DNA of 64,000 bases from an uncultured Candidatus Marinamargulisbacteria bacterium (lineage in GTDB: Bacteria > Margulisbacteria > Riflemargulisbacteria > GWF2-35-9 > DYQY01): NCBI GenBank assembly GCA_964429235.1, contig CAYSAQ010000002.1:8441-72440 (forward strand). Direction: 5' to 3'. Position numbers and translations under genes: made by a program. The notes below the pieces were generated by a model, which was not told the origin of the DNA, made no database searches, and worked only from the letters and a program-made list of their open reading frames with translations. Position 1 is the stretch's first letter; each line of letters begins with the position of its first letter. Shown one piece after another: positions 39,564 to 50,700 of this stretch.

Positions 39564-42500
39564 ATGAGCGAAAAAATTGAGGCACTAAGAAAAAAACTAA
39601 CAGAAATATTCCAATTGGATCAGACTGATTTAGATTTCGGTATATACCGAATTATGAATCAAAAAGCAGAAGAAATTACAGATTTCATGAACAACAGACT
39701 CCTTTCTCAAGTTAGCGAATCGTTTTCCCAGTTTAAATCAGACGGACAATCTGCTATACAACTAGAACTGGACAAGTTAATTGATACTCTAAAGCAAGCA
39801 GGAATGAACCCCGAAGATTCTCCTAAAGTACAAGATTTAAAATCAAAGCTAGCTGGAGCTGTAGATATTGCAGCTGTCGAAAATGAAGTTTTTTCCCATT
39901 TAACCAGTTTCTTTTCACGTTATTATGAAGGAGGAGATTTTTTATCTCTTCGTCGTTATAAAAAAGATGTCTATGCTATCCCCTATGAAGGCGAAGAAGT
40001 AAAACTTCATTGGGCAAATGCTGACCAGTATTATATAAAAAATTCAGAAAATTTTAGAGACTACTCTTTTAAACTTAATAATGGAAAAACTGTTCATTTT
40101 AAACTTATAGAAGCCGAAACTGAAAGAGATAATAATAAAACACAAGCTGATAAAGAACGTCGGTTTATTCTAATAAATGATGATCCCTTAATAATTGAAA
40201 ATGATGAGCTATATATTCGGTTTCAGTACATTGCAGATGAAAACAAGCTTACACAGGTTAAACATAACGAGCAAGCAATTCAAACTGTGTCTAGTTTAAT
40301 TCCTAAAGCGGAATTTGCTGGGTTTTTAGGACTTTTACAACTTAAGCCTACTGAAAAAAATAAAAAACGTACTTTGCTAGAAAAATATTTAAATGAATAT
40401 ACATCTAAATATAGCTTTGATTATTTCATTCATAAAGATTTAGGTGGATTTTTTAGAAGAGAGTTAGATTTTTATATAAAAAATGAAGTGTTATTTCTAG
40501 ATGACTTAGATGAAGATAATATCAAGTTTTCTTTAAGTAAAGCCAAGACAATTAAAGCGATTGCTAATAAATTTATTGATTTTTTGGAACAGTTAGAAAA
40601 CTTTCAGAAGAAAATCTGGCTAAAAAAGAAGTTTGTAGTAGATAGTGGCTACTGTCTAACAATCGATAACGTACCAGAAGATATGTATCCAGAAGTTATT
40701 GCTAATACAAAACAAATTGAAGAATGGGAAAGTCTGTTTACTATAAGTGAAATTAATGGGGATATGCTAACTATTTCAGGCAATATCTTGCTTAGTGATA
40801 AAGAAGATAAACAGAAAAAAATAGATTTCTTAAAACAAAATCCCTTTTTAGTTTTAGATACTAAATATTTTGATCAAGAATTTACTCAAAAATTACTTGC
40901 TTCAATCACGGATCTTGATGAAAAAACAAACGGACTTTTAATTAACGCAGATAATTTTCATGCATTAAACTTATTACAAGAAAAGTATAAAGAAAAAATT
41001 AAATGCACATATATTGACCCGCCATATAATACTGCCGCTTCGGAAATAATATATAAAAATAATTATAAGAATTCTTCATGGTTAACCTTTATTAATAGCA
41101 GATTAACAATGCTAAGTTCATTTGGTTTAAGTAGATCACCTCTGATGATAGCGATAGATGAATACCAACTAGTTGAACTAACTATGATGTTGGATAATCA
41201 ATATGGAAAAACGAATAGAGAGTTAATAGTAATTAATCACCATCCCCAAGGAGGCAAAGGTAAACATATCGCATATACTCATGAATATATGCTGTGCTAT
41301 ATCCCTGAAAATACATCAGCTTTTGTTAAAAAAATAACTGAAGCAGGTATAGAAGAGCGAAGTTTTATGAGAAGTGGTACTGCAGAGAGCAATTTTAGAC
41401 AATACCGTCCTAACAGTTTTTATGCTTTTATTGTTGATTCACAAACAAGTTCGATAATAGGCATAGAACAACCTCCAGAAAAAGAAGAACCCTATGATAA
41501 GGAGAAAACGAACGATGGATTTATTAGGATTTATCCCTTAAGTAGAGACGGACAAGAACGTGTTTGGAGAAATTCCTATGAGACTTGTTTGGAGCATATT
41601 AGTAACAAAAAAATTATTTGTAAAAATAATCGAACTATTTATCAAATCATTAATAACGAGGATAAATCAAATGCAATTTTCAGTAATTGGACTGATTCTA
41701 AATTTAATGCAGGACCAAATGGTACGAACTTATTGAGAGACCTACTAGGTGAACAAAATATTTTTTCATATCCTAAATCTATATATACTGTTGAAGAGTC
41801 TTTGCGAATAAGTGATGGAAGCAATCAAAATCAACCCATATTAGATTTTTTTGCTGGTTCTGGCACAACTGGTCACGCTGTTATCAACTTAAATCGCGAA
41901 GACGCTGGTAAGCGAAAATTTATTTTAGTAGAAATGGGGGCGTATTTCGATACAGTAACGAAACCACGTATCCAAAAGGTTATTTATTCTGAAAACTGGA
42001 AAAACGGCAAACCACTTTCGCGCAAAGGTTCTAGCCATATTTTTAAATACATTCGATTAGAATCTTATGAGGATGCCTTAAATAACCTTAAACCAAAAGA
42101 TACGAAACAAGCCCAGTTAGCATTAAAATCAGCCGATCCTTATGTGCAAGATCAATATATGTTGTCATATAAACTAGACTTCGAATATAAAGATAGTCTA
42201 ATTAATCTGGGGATGTTTGAGCACCCCTTTGATTATCAAATGAATATTTCTAACGGCACAGAAACTAAACTTGTTAAAGTTAATTTAATCGAAACTTTTA
42301 ATTATCTGATTGGTCTTTATGTTAAATCTGTTTATAACATCAATGATTTTCAAATAATAGAAGGAATGTCTCGCAAAGAAGAAAAAGTGTTGGTCATTTG
42401 GCGAGACATCAAAGAAAAAGACAACAAAACACTAGATGATCTGTTTAAAAAGCTTCGTGTGAATCCTAAAGATTTTGAATTTGATCGTATCTATGTAAAT

Positions 42501-42605
42501 GGTGACAATAACTTAGAGAATTTAAAACTTGATAAGGAAAACTGGAAAGTAACTTTGATCGAAGAAGAATTCAAACGACGCATGTTTGAAGTAGAAGATG
42601 TATAG
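39564..42605 (+). CDS. Beta-class N6-adenine/N4-cytosine DNA methyltransferase (type III Mod-like) with about 480-aa N-terminal extension
   Basis: Motif IV DPPY at 41016-41027 (aa 485) precedes motif I FFAGSGTTGHA at about 41846-41878 (aa 762), which is the beta permutation. GGAGGG Shine-Dalgarno upstream. Confidence 0.85.
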   Translation: MSEKIEALRKKLTEIFQLDQTDLDFGIYRIMNQKAEEITDFMNNRLLSQVSESFSQFKSDGQSAIQLELDKLIDTLKQAGMNPEDSPKVQDLKSKLAGAVDIAAVENEVFSHLTSFFSRYYEGGDFLSLRRYKKDVYAIPYEGEEVKLHWANADQYYIKNSENFRDYSFKLNNGKTVHFKLIEAETERDNNKTQADKERRFILINDDPLIIENDELYIRFQYIADENKLTQVKHNEQAIQTVSSLIPKAEFAGFLGLLQLKPTEKNKKRTLLEKYLNEYTSKYSFDYFIHKDLGGFFRRELDFYIKNEVLFLDDLDEDNIKFSLSKAKTIKAIANKFIDFLEQLENFQKKIWLKKKFVVDSGYCLTIDNVPEDMYPEVIANTKQIEEWESLFTISEINGDMLTISGNILLSDKEDKQKKIDFLKQNPFLVLDTKYFDQEFTQKLLASITDLDEKTNGLLINADNFHALNLLQEKYKEKIKCTYIDPPYNTAASEIIYKNNYKNSSWLTFINSRLTMLSSFGLSRSPLMIAIDEYQLVELTMMLDNQYGKTNRELIVINHHPQGGKGKHIAYTHEYMLCYIPENTSAFVKKITEAGIEERSFMRSGTAESNFRQYRPNSFYAFIVDSQTSSIIGIEQPPEKEEPYDKEKTNDGFIRIYPLSRDGQERVWRNSYETCLEHISNKKIICKNNRTIYQIINNEDKSNAIFSNWTDSKFNAGPNGTNLLRDLLGEQNIFSYPKSIYTVEESLRISDGSNQNQPILDFFAGSGTTGHAVINLNREDAGKRKFILVEMGAYFDTVTKPRIQKVIYSENWKNGKPLSRKGSSHIFKYIRLESYEDALNNLKPKDTKQAQLALKSADPYVQDQYMLSYKLDFEYKDSLINLGMFEHPFDYQMNISNGTETKLVKVNLIETFNYLIGLYVKSVYNINDFQIIEGMSRKEEKVLVIWRDIKEKDNKTLDDLFKKLRVNPKDFEFDRIYVNGDNNLENLKLDKENWKVTLIEEEFKRRMFEVEDV

Positions 42606-42630
42606 GTATAACGAAATGGAATCAATTTAG

Positions 42631-45600
42631 ATGGCAGCTAAAAAGAAAAAAAAGATCGATTTTCATAGAAAGCTGGTACTTTTTAAATACATATTAAGTT
42701 TATTTGAAACAAATACCATAGAAGGAATTGCTCCAAATATAAAAAATCCTGATTTGGAAGAGATCAATATAGAAAAAAGCAAAACTAATTTTCACTTAAC
42801 GATTACTAATCGCTTAATAGCTTTTGAGCATATTCCATTATCAAAACTAGAACAATACGATGATAATATTATTCGCCATACGCTACATATTCAAGATAAT
42901 CGACAGCAAAAATTAAAATGGAAATACTTCCAATATCTATCTCTATTATTTATTGAAATTTATTTAGATAAGTATTTTGAAGATCCCGCAAAATTATTAA
43001 TCAACATAAATGAATTTCGTAAGATATATAATGAAAAAGAGATTCCAGATGAACAAATAGCTCCGTATACCCTTTCTGATCTAAAAAAGTTAGCTTTTTG
43101 GAATGCCACTGGTTCAGGAAAAACGCTTCTTATGCACGTTAACATACTTCAATATAAACATTATTTAAATTTACATGGCAAAGAGAATGATTTAAATAAA
43201 ATAATACTACTTACACCAAATGAGGGTTTATCAAAACAGCACTTAGAAGAGTTCGCTTTATCAAGTTTAAATTCTGAAATTTTTAGTAAAGACCAAAATA
43301 TGTTTACAACTGTGTATAAACCAATAGAAATTATTGAAATAACTAAATTAAAAGACGAACATGGAGACAAAACAGTTGCTATCTCAGCATTCGAGGGCAA
43401 CAATCTTGTTTTGGTAGATGAAGGTCATCGCGGTTCAAGCGGAGAAGAGTGGAAAAGCAAAAGAGATGCGCTGTGTGCTGAAGGTTTCACCTTTGAATAC
43501 TCTGCAACTTTTGGCCAGGCTGTTAGAGCCTCGAACAAACAAGATTTAGAACAAGAATATTCTAAATGCATCATATTTGATTATTCATATAAATTTTTTT
43601 ATGGTGATGGCTACGGCAAAGATTATCGGATCCTAAACTTGTCAGATGATTCTAACGAAGAAAGTAGACAACAGTATCTTACAGCAAGCCTTCTTGCGTT
43701 TTTTCAGCAAATATCAATCTTTGAAGACAACAAACATGATTTTTCACCATTTTTATTAGAAAAACCGCTTTGGGTTTTTGTTGGTGGTAGCGTAAATGCT
43801 GTTCGTACAGAAAATAAAAGACAAGTTTCGGATGTCATTGATATTCTTCAATTTATAGGAGGCTTTGTCAAAGAGAAAGCAAGAAGTATTCGGTTCTTAG
43901 ATGATTTAATTAATCAAAGACACGGATTTTTAGATGCTAAGGGACTTAGTATCTTTGATAATAAATTTACTTATCTAATTGAGAAAAAAATATCTGCTGA
44001 AAAAATGTATTCACAAATAATTAGTACTGTATTTAATTGCCCAACCGATGGGGCTGATTTACATATAGAGAATTTAAAAGGTGCTGATGGCGAGCTTGGA
44101 CTACGTGTTGGCGGAAGTGATTACTTTGGAGTAATTAACGTCGGAGATTCGAACAAATTAATTAAACTCTGTGAAGCAAGTGGATTAAGTGCCAGTGACA
44201 AAGACTTTTCTGATTCATTATTTCATGGAATAAATAAAAAAGAATCGTCTATAAATCTTTTAATCGGTTCAAAGAAATTTACGGAAGGATGGAGTTCATG
44301 GCGTGTTTCGACGATGGGACTAATGAATATTGGTCGTACAGAAGGGTCTATGATCATTCAGTTATTCGGTAGAGGCGTAAGACTAAAGGGGTATAACTTC
44401 AGTTTGAAACGAAGTCGTTCTCAAAACTTTGTAAAAGAACCAAAAAATATAGATAAAGTTGAAACGTTAAACATCTTTGGTGTTAGAGCAGATTACATGA
44501 AAACATTTAGAGAATATTTAGAACAAGAAGGATTGCCTATAAACGACAACATAATTGAGTTTACGTTGCCGGTATTATCAAATTTGGGGCACGTTAAGAC
44601 ACCCCTTAAATATCCTCGTATTAAAGATGGCATATCCTTCAGGAAAGATGGTGGGCAAGTAGTATTAGAGTTGCCTCCAGACAAATTCATTATGAATCCT
44701 TTAATTTTAGACCTTTATTCTAAAGTACAGACGATTGAAGCAGTAAAAGGATATTCTGCTGAAAAAATAAAAAATGAAGAAGTCTTTAAATCTGATCATT
44801 TGGCTTTTATTGACACAGAAGAAATTTTTCTTGAATTAGAGCGGTATAAATATGAAAAAGCTTGGTATAACCTGAGTTTTGACAAAGAAACCATTGTTGA
44901 AATTTTAGGGCATCATAGTTGGTATATATTAAAAATACCTAGTTCCGATATGTATTTTAATGATTTTTCAAAAATTTATCGTTGGCGGGAAATAGCAAAA
45001 GTGCTGATGCAAAAATATATAGAGAGATTTTATAATTATAAGCGAAACGAATGGGAAGCGGAGCATCGAGAAATGGCTATATTAGACGATAATGATCCAA
45101 ATATGGTCAAAGAGTACGTTTTTTATATCCATGATTCCATGACAGATATAATCAGCAAGTTAAATCAGTTAAAAGATGAAATCAAAAAAAGACAAATCCT
45201 TGATATTGAATTTGGGAATTTTCAGACTATAAGCTGGTTAAACCATTTATATCAACCGTTAGTCTGTTTTGATAAAAGCAATGCAAATTTAAAAGTTACC
45301 CCAGTACAACTAAATGATGATGAAGCTCTATTTGTTAGTGATTTGAAAAAATATTATGAAAACAATATATCCTTTTTTAAGGATAAAGAATTGTACTTAC
45401 TCAGAAATCAAGGGAAAGGTCGTGGCGTTGGATTCTTTGAAGCTAATAATTTCCATCCTGACTTTGTCCTATGGTTAATAAAGGATGGCAAGCAATACGT
45501 CTCGTTTATAGATCCCAAGGGTCTAAATTGGTCTACAGGTATCAATGATTCCAAAATACAATTCCACAAAACCGTTAAGGATGTTGAAAAAGAAATGAAG

Positions 45601-45762
45601 GATTATAGTGTCATTTTAAATTCGTTTATTATTTCTAATACTGAATTTGAGCAATTAACGTTACGCCGAGAACATATTTCTAAACAGGAATTCGAGAATA
45701 ACAATGTTATTTTTCAAGCAGATAGCAACTATATTGAGAAGATATTGGTGAACGTGAAATAA
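42631..45762 (+). CDS. Type III restriction Res-like SF2 helicase with C-terminal PD-(D/E)xK-like motif
   Basis: Walker A ATGSGKT (43105-43125). DEGH (43417-43428). SAT. QLFGRGVR. The C-terminus has HPD (D944) followed by FIDPK (D961, K963). Confidence 0.8.
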   Translation: MAAKKKKKIDFHRKLVLFKYILSLFETNTIEGIAPNIKNPDLEEINIEKSKTNFHLTITNRLIAFEHIPLSKLEQYDDNIIRHTLHIQDNRQQKLKWKYFQYLSLLFIEIYLDKYFEDPAKLLININEFRKIYNEKEIPDEQIAPYTLSDLKKLAFWNATGSGKTLLMHVNILQYKHYLNLHGKENDLNKIILLTPNEGLSKQHLEEFALSSLNSEIFSKDQNMFTTVYKPIEIIEITKLKDEHGDKTVAISAFEGNNLVLVDEGHRGSSGEEWKSKRDALCAEGFTFEYSATFGQAVRASNKQDLEQEYSKCIIFDYSYKFFYGDGYGKDYRILNLSDDSNEESRQQYLTASLLAFFQQISIFEDNKHDFSPFLLEKPLWVFVGGSVNAVRTENKRQVSDVIDILQFIGGFVKEKARSIRFLDDLINQRHGFLDAKGLSIFDNKFTYLIEKKISAEKMYSQIISTVFNCPTDGADLHIENLKGADGELGLRVGGSDYFGVINVGDSNKLIKLCEASGLSASDKDFSDSLFHGINKKESSINLLIGSKKFTEGWSSWRVSTMGLMNIGRTEGSMIIQLFGRGVRLKGYNFSLKRSRSQNFVKEPKNIDKVETLNIFGVRADYMKTFREYLEQEGLPINDNIIEFTLPVLSNLGHVKTPLKYPRIKDGISFRKDGGQVVLELPPDKFIMNPLILDLYSKVQTIEAVKGYSAEKIKNEEVFKSDHLAFIDTEEIFLELERYKYEKAWYNLSFDKETIVEILGHHSWYILKIPSSDMYFNDFSKIYRWREIAKVLMQKYIERFYNYKRNEWEAEHREMAILDDNDPNMVKEYVFYIHDSMTDIISKLNQLKDEIKKRQILDIEFGNFQTISWLNHLYQPLVCFDKSNANLKVTPVQLNDDEALFVSDLKKYYENNISFFKDKELYLLRNQGKGRGVGFFEANNFHPDFVLWLIKDGKQYVSFIDPKGLNWSTGINDSKIQFHKTVKDVEKEMKDYSVILNSFIISNTEFEQLTLRREHISKQEFENNNVIFQADSNYIEKILVNVK

Positions 45763-45786
45763 TGAAAACATAGTTAAGGAGGAGTT

Positions 45787-45861
45787 ATGCATAACTTAAT
45801 TGATATGATCATAACAATAACAGAATTACATGCACAAAGAATACGTGAATTATTGGAGTAA
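45787..45861 (+). CDS. Possible 24-codon micro-ORF (MHNLIDMIITITELHAQRIRELLE)
   Basis: Near-consensus AAGGAGG 4 nt upstream of the ATG, in the 121-nt gap between the Res-like gene and recQ. Confidence 0.35.
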   Translation: MHNLIDMIITITELHAQRIRELLE

Positions 45862-45883
45862 TCTACATGCGTAAGATAATAAT

Positions 45884-47716
45884 ATGAGTTACCCTAAATC
45901 CCCAACAGAAATACTTAGTCAGGTTTTTGGCTACAAAACATTTGTAGGCAAACAGAATGAGATTATTGACCATGTTCTTAGTGGCAAGGATGCATTAGTT
46001 CTAATGCCTACGGGTGGCGGAAAATCTCTTTGCTTTCAATTGCCTGCGCTCATTTTTGATGGGGTTACTATTTGTATATCTCCATTAATAGCTCTAATGC
46101 AGGATCAGGTATCAGCTTTAAAGAACTTAGGAATAAATGCAGAATTTATAAATTCCAGTTTAAATTATTCTGAAAAGAAAGTTATTGAGGATAAAATACT
46201 AAAAAATGAAGTAGATTTAGTCTATGTGTCACCTGAAAAACTGAATATGGGTGATTTTTTATCTCTTTTAAAGCAATCTAATATTTCATTATTTGCCATA
46301 GATGAAGCTCACTGTGTTTCTCAGTGGGGTCATAATTTTAGACCAGAGTATACTAAATTCTCATCCTTAAAAGAAGATTTTCCAAATGTTCCAAGAATTG
46401 CTTTAACTGCTACAGCAGATGAGATCACAAGGATTGATATTATAAAGAACCTCAATCTTGAAAATGGTAGAGTATTTGTTTCTAGTTTTGACCGTCCTAA
46501 TATTAAGTACATAGTAAATACAAAAGATAAAGAAAAGAAACAATTATTAGATTTCATCAAAACAAAGCATGAAAATAATTCTGGGATCGTTTACTGCATA
46601 TCCAGAAAAAGAGTAGAAAATATTGCAGAATACTTAGCTGGAGAAGGATTTAATGCATTTCCATATCATGCTGGCATGGATAATAAAACTAGAGCAATCA
46701 ATCACGATAAATTCATTAAGGAAGAAGGCGTTATTATTGTTGCTACAATAGCTTTTGGCATGGGCATAGACAAGCCGGATGTAAGGTTTGTGGCACATCT
46801 TGATCTACCAAAAAGTATCGAAGCATATTATCAGGAAACTGGTCGTGCAGGACGAGATGGATTGCCATCCGATGCTTGGATGGTATATGGATTGAAAGAT
46901 ATTTTCCAATTACGTCAATTTATAGAAAATTCTGATGCAGCTCAAAACCAAAAAAGAGTTGAACATCAAAAATTAAACTCTTTGATTGGCTATGTGGAAG
47001 CTATTAGCTGTAGGAGGATAATTCTATTAGATTATTTTGGAGAAGAGTCAGCTGAAAAATGTCAAAATTGTGATACTTGTAATGAACCACCGATAGTATA
47101 TGACGCTACTATCGACGTACAAAAAGTATTATCTTGTATTTATAGAACACAGACAGAACGCTATGGGTTTGGTGGCAACCATATAATAAATATTTTACTT
47201 GGGAAAAACGATGAAAAAATAAGAAGATTTAATCATGATGAACTTAGCACATTTGCTATTGGGCAAGATGTTTCAGAGCCACAGTGGCGATCTATTATTA
47301 GACAAGTAGTTATTCTAGGATTTGTAGATATTGATATGCAACACTCAACATTAAAGATAAATGATGAAGGAATGAAGATATTGAAAAAGGATGGCCCTAA
47401 AGTTGAATTAAGGAAGGTAATCTTGAAAAGCAAAGCTTCTAAGAAAAAATCTAAATCAGCAGCAATAACCACCCTTACAGATTCTGATGATGTAGAATTA
47501 TTTAGTAAATTAAGAGCACTTCGTCTAGAGTTTGCTCGTAAAGAGAACATGCCTCCATATATTATTTTTAATGATCGCACCTTAAATGAAATGACTATAT
47601 CTAAACCAAAGAGTTTAGACGAAATGTCTGAAATATCAGGCGTGGGTCAACATAAATTACAAAAATATGGCAATGATTTTTTAGAAATTATAACAGAGCA
47701 CAGATATAATGAATAA
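45884..47716 (+). CDS. recQ: ATP-dependent DNA helicase RecQ (full length with Zn, RQC and HRDC regions)
   Basis: PTGGGKSLCFQLPAL. DEAHCVSQWGHNFRPEY. Cys cluster CRR..CQNCDTC. HRDC-like tail (LRALRLEFARKENMPPYIIFNDRTLNEM..GVGQHKLQKYG). Confidence 0.9.
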   Translation: MSYPKSPTEILSQVFGYKTFVGKQNEIIDHVLSGKDALVLMPTGGGKSLCFQLPALIFDGVTICISPLIALMQDQVSALKNLGINAEFINSSLNYSEKKVIEDKILKNEVDLVYVSPEKLNMGDFLSLLKQSNISLFAIDEAHCVSQWGHNFRPEYTKFSSLKEDFPNVPRIALTATADEITRIDIIKNLNLENGRVFVSSFDRPNIKYIVNTKDKEKKQLLDFIKTKHENNSGIVYCISRKRVENIAEYLAGEGFNAFPYHAGMDNKTRAINHDKFIKEEGVIIVATIAFGMGIDKPDVRFVAHLDLPKSIEAYYQETGRAGRDGLPSDAWMVYGLKDIFQLRQFIENSDAAQNQKRVEHQKLNSLIGYVEAISCRRIILLDYFGEESAEKCQNCDTCNEPPIVYDATIDVQKVLSCIYRTQTERYGFGGNHIINILLGKNDEKIRRFNHDELSTFAIGQDVSEPQWRSIIRQVVILGFVDIDMQHSTLKINDEGMKILKKDGPKVELRKVILKSKASKKKSKSAAITTLTDSDDVELFSKLRALRLEFARKENMPPYIIFNDRTLNEMTISKPKSLDEMSEISGVGQHKLQKYGNDFLEIITEHRYNE

Positions 47717-50700
47717 AATAGCATTTATTGATACAGAAACAGACGCTAAAGGTAAGAGATTACTTGATATTGGGGCTGTGGATCAGGATGGTTCAAAGTT
47801 TCATTCAAATTCAACCGTAGAACTTTTAGACTTTATAAGTCGTAACGATTATTTATGTGGACATAATATCATTAAACATGACTTGCCATGTATAGAAAAA
47901 GTAACTAGCACAGATTTATCTGGGGCATTAATCATTGATACGTTATTTTTATCTCCATTGTTATTTCCAACAAAGCCATATCACGCTCTATTAAAAGATG
48001 ACAAACTACAAACAGATGAGTTAAATAATCCTTTAAATGACGCAATAAAGGCAAAAGATCTTTTTTATGATGAAGTATCAGCATTTCAAGATATAGATAA
48101 TGATTTAAAACAGATATATTTTATTCTATTAAAAAACAAAGAAGAGTTTTGGGGTTTCTTTAACTTTGTAAATTACTCATGTCCTCTCATTGATATCAAA
48201 ACAATTATTTATGAAAGGTTTAAAGATAAAATTTGCCTAAATTCAAATTTAGAAAAGATAATACAAGAAAACCCTGTAGAGTTAGCGTATTCTTTAGCTT
48301 TAATTAATACTAATAGTAGATATTCTATAACTCCTCCATGGGTAATAAAGAACTATCCTGGAGTTGAAAGAGTCCTTTATTTATTAAGAGGCAATCCTTG
48401 CTTACAGGGATGTTTATATTGTAATAAATCACTTGATTCTAGAGCTGGTTTAAAAAAGTATTTTGGCTTTGATTCTTATAGATCATTTGAAGGCAAATCT
48501 TTGCAGGAGCAAGCTGTTAATGCTGCTATTAATAATAAATCTATTGTAGCAGTTTTTCCAACTGGTGGGGGAAAATCTGTAACATTTCAAGTGCCAGCTT
48601 TAATGAGTGGAGAAAATGTAAAAGGTTTAACAGTGGTTATTTCGCCATTACAGTCGTTAATGAAGGATCAAGTAGATAATTTAGAAAGGTCAAATATTAC
48701 TGAAGCTGTAACTATTAATGGTTTATTAGACCCAATCGAAAGGGCAAACTCTTTTGAGAGAGTCGAGAATGGTGCTGCATCTATGCTGTACATCTCTCCA
48801 GAATCTTTGAGGTCAAGATCTATTGAACGTCTCTTGCTTGGACGAAACATTGTTCGTTTTGTCATTGATGAGGCACATTGTTTTTCTGCCTGGGGACAGG
48901 ACTTTAGAGTTGATTATCTTTACATAGGAGATTTTATAAAATCATTACAAGAAAAGAAGAATATGGAAAGCAGTATTCCAGTTTCTTGTTTTACAGCGAC
49001 AGCAAAGCAAAATGTAATTCAAGATATTAAAGATTATTTCCAAGAAAAATTATCACTACAAATGGAAACATTTAATACAAACCCATCAAGAACAAATCTC
49101 ACCTATAAAGTAATCCCAAAAAATAATGATGAAGATAAATACGAGACATTAAGAAGCCTCATCGATGGAAAGAATTGTCCTGCCATAATTTATGTTTCAC
49201 GAAAAATTAGAGCATATAAGATTGCAGAACGATTATCTAGTGATGGATATTTGGCTAAGCCGTATCATGGGGGAATGGACAAAAAAGAAAAGTCTGAAAA
49301 CCAGGATGCATTTGTTCGTGGTGATGTGGATATTATGGTTGCTACATCTGCTTTTGGAATGGGAGTAGATAAAAAGGACGTTGGAATGATAATCCATTAT
49401 GAGATATCAGACTCGCTTGAAAATTACATTCAGGAAGCTGGCAGAGCTGGGAGGGATGAGAATATTGAAGCTGATTGCTATGTTCTATTTAACGAAGAAG
49501 ATTTAAGTAAGCATTTTATATTATTGAATCAATCTAAATTAAATATTAAGGAAATTCAACAAATATGGAAAGCAATAAAGGATATAACTCGTTTTAGGTC
49601 CAGTGTTTCAAACTCAGCTTTAGAAATTGCAAGAAAAGCAGGCTGGGATGACAGTGTTTTCGATATTGAATCGAGAGTTAAAACTGCAATTTGTGCTTTA
49701 GAAGAAGCCGGTTATCTTAAAAGAGGGCAAAATATGCCTAGAATATTTGCTAACAGTATCCTTTCTAAGAATGCAGAAGATGCCGTTAATAGGATAAATT
49801 CATCAGGAATATTTAATGATCGACAAAAGCAGCATGCAGTTAGAATCATAAAAAGTCTTCTATCAAATAAAAACACAAAAAATCCTAATGATGAAGTTGC
49901 TGAATCAAAGGTTGATTATATATCAGATAGGCTGGGGATTGTAAAAGAAGAAGTTATTAATGTGATTAATCTTTTGCGTGAAGCCAAAATATTAGCAGAT
50001 ACAAAAGATTTAACAGCGTTTATTAAAAAAGGTGAAAAGAAAAATAGGTCTTTAGCTATTGTGCATTCAATTAGTAAGATTGAGAAATTTTTGGTGTCAC
50101 AATTTGAGCAGGAAGAGAAATCCTTTCATATAAAAGAATTAAATGAATTAGCGGAGGAGAATGGATGCGCTGATGTGTCTCCAAAAAAGATCAAAGACAT
50201 AATTAATTTTTGGGTAATAAAAAATTGGATTAAGAGAAAACAAAATGATTTTTCTAAAAATTCTCTTACAATTATATCTAACTATTCAGGCACGGAATTA
50301 GAAGAGAAATTAAATAAGAGATATGAATTAGCTTGTTTTATAGTCGATTACTTATATGTAAAAAGTAACGAAGCCCCATCTCCAATAGATTGTGTTGTAG
50401 AAGAAGTTTTAGTTGAATTTTCAGTTCATGAGTTAAAAGATGCATATGAGAAAAACCTATTAATTAAGCTAAGCGTAACTATACCAGATGTAGAGGATGC
50501 TTTATTTTATTTATCAAAAATGGATTCAATAAAAATTGAAGGAGGCTTTCTTGTTATATACAATAAGCTTACAGTTGAAAGGTTGGAGCAGGACAATAAA
50601 AGAAAATATAAAGCAGATGATTATAAGAAACTTAATCTGTTCTATGAAAATAAAGTTCAGCAGATTCATATTGTAGGGGAATATGCGAAAAAAATGCTTA

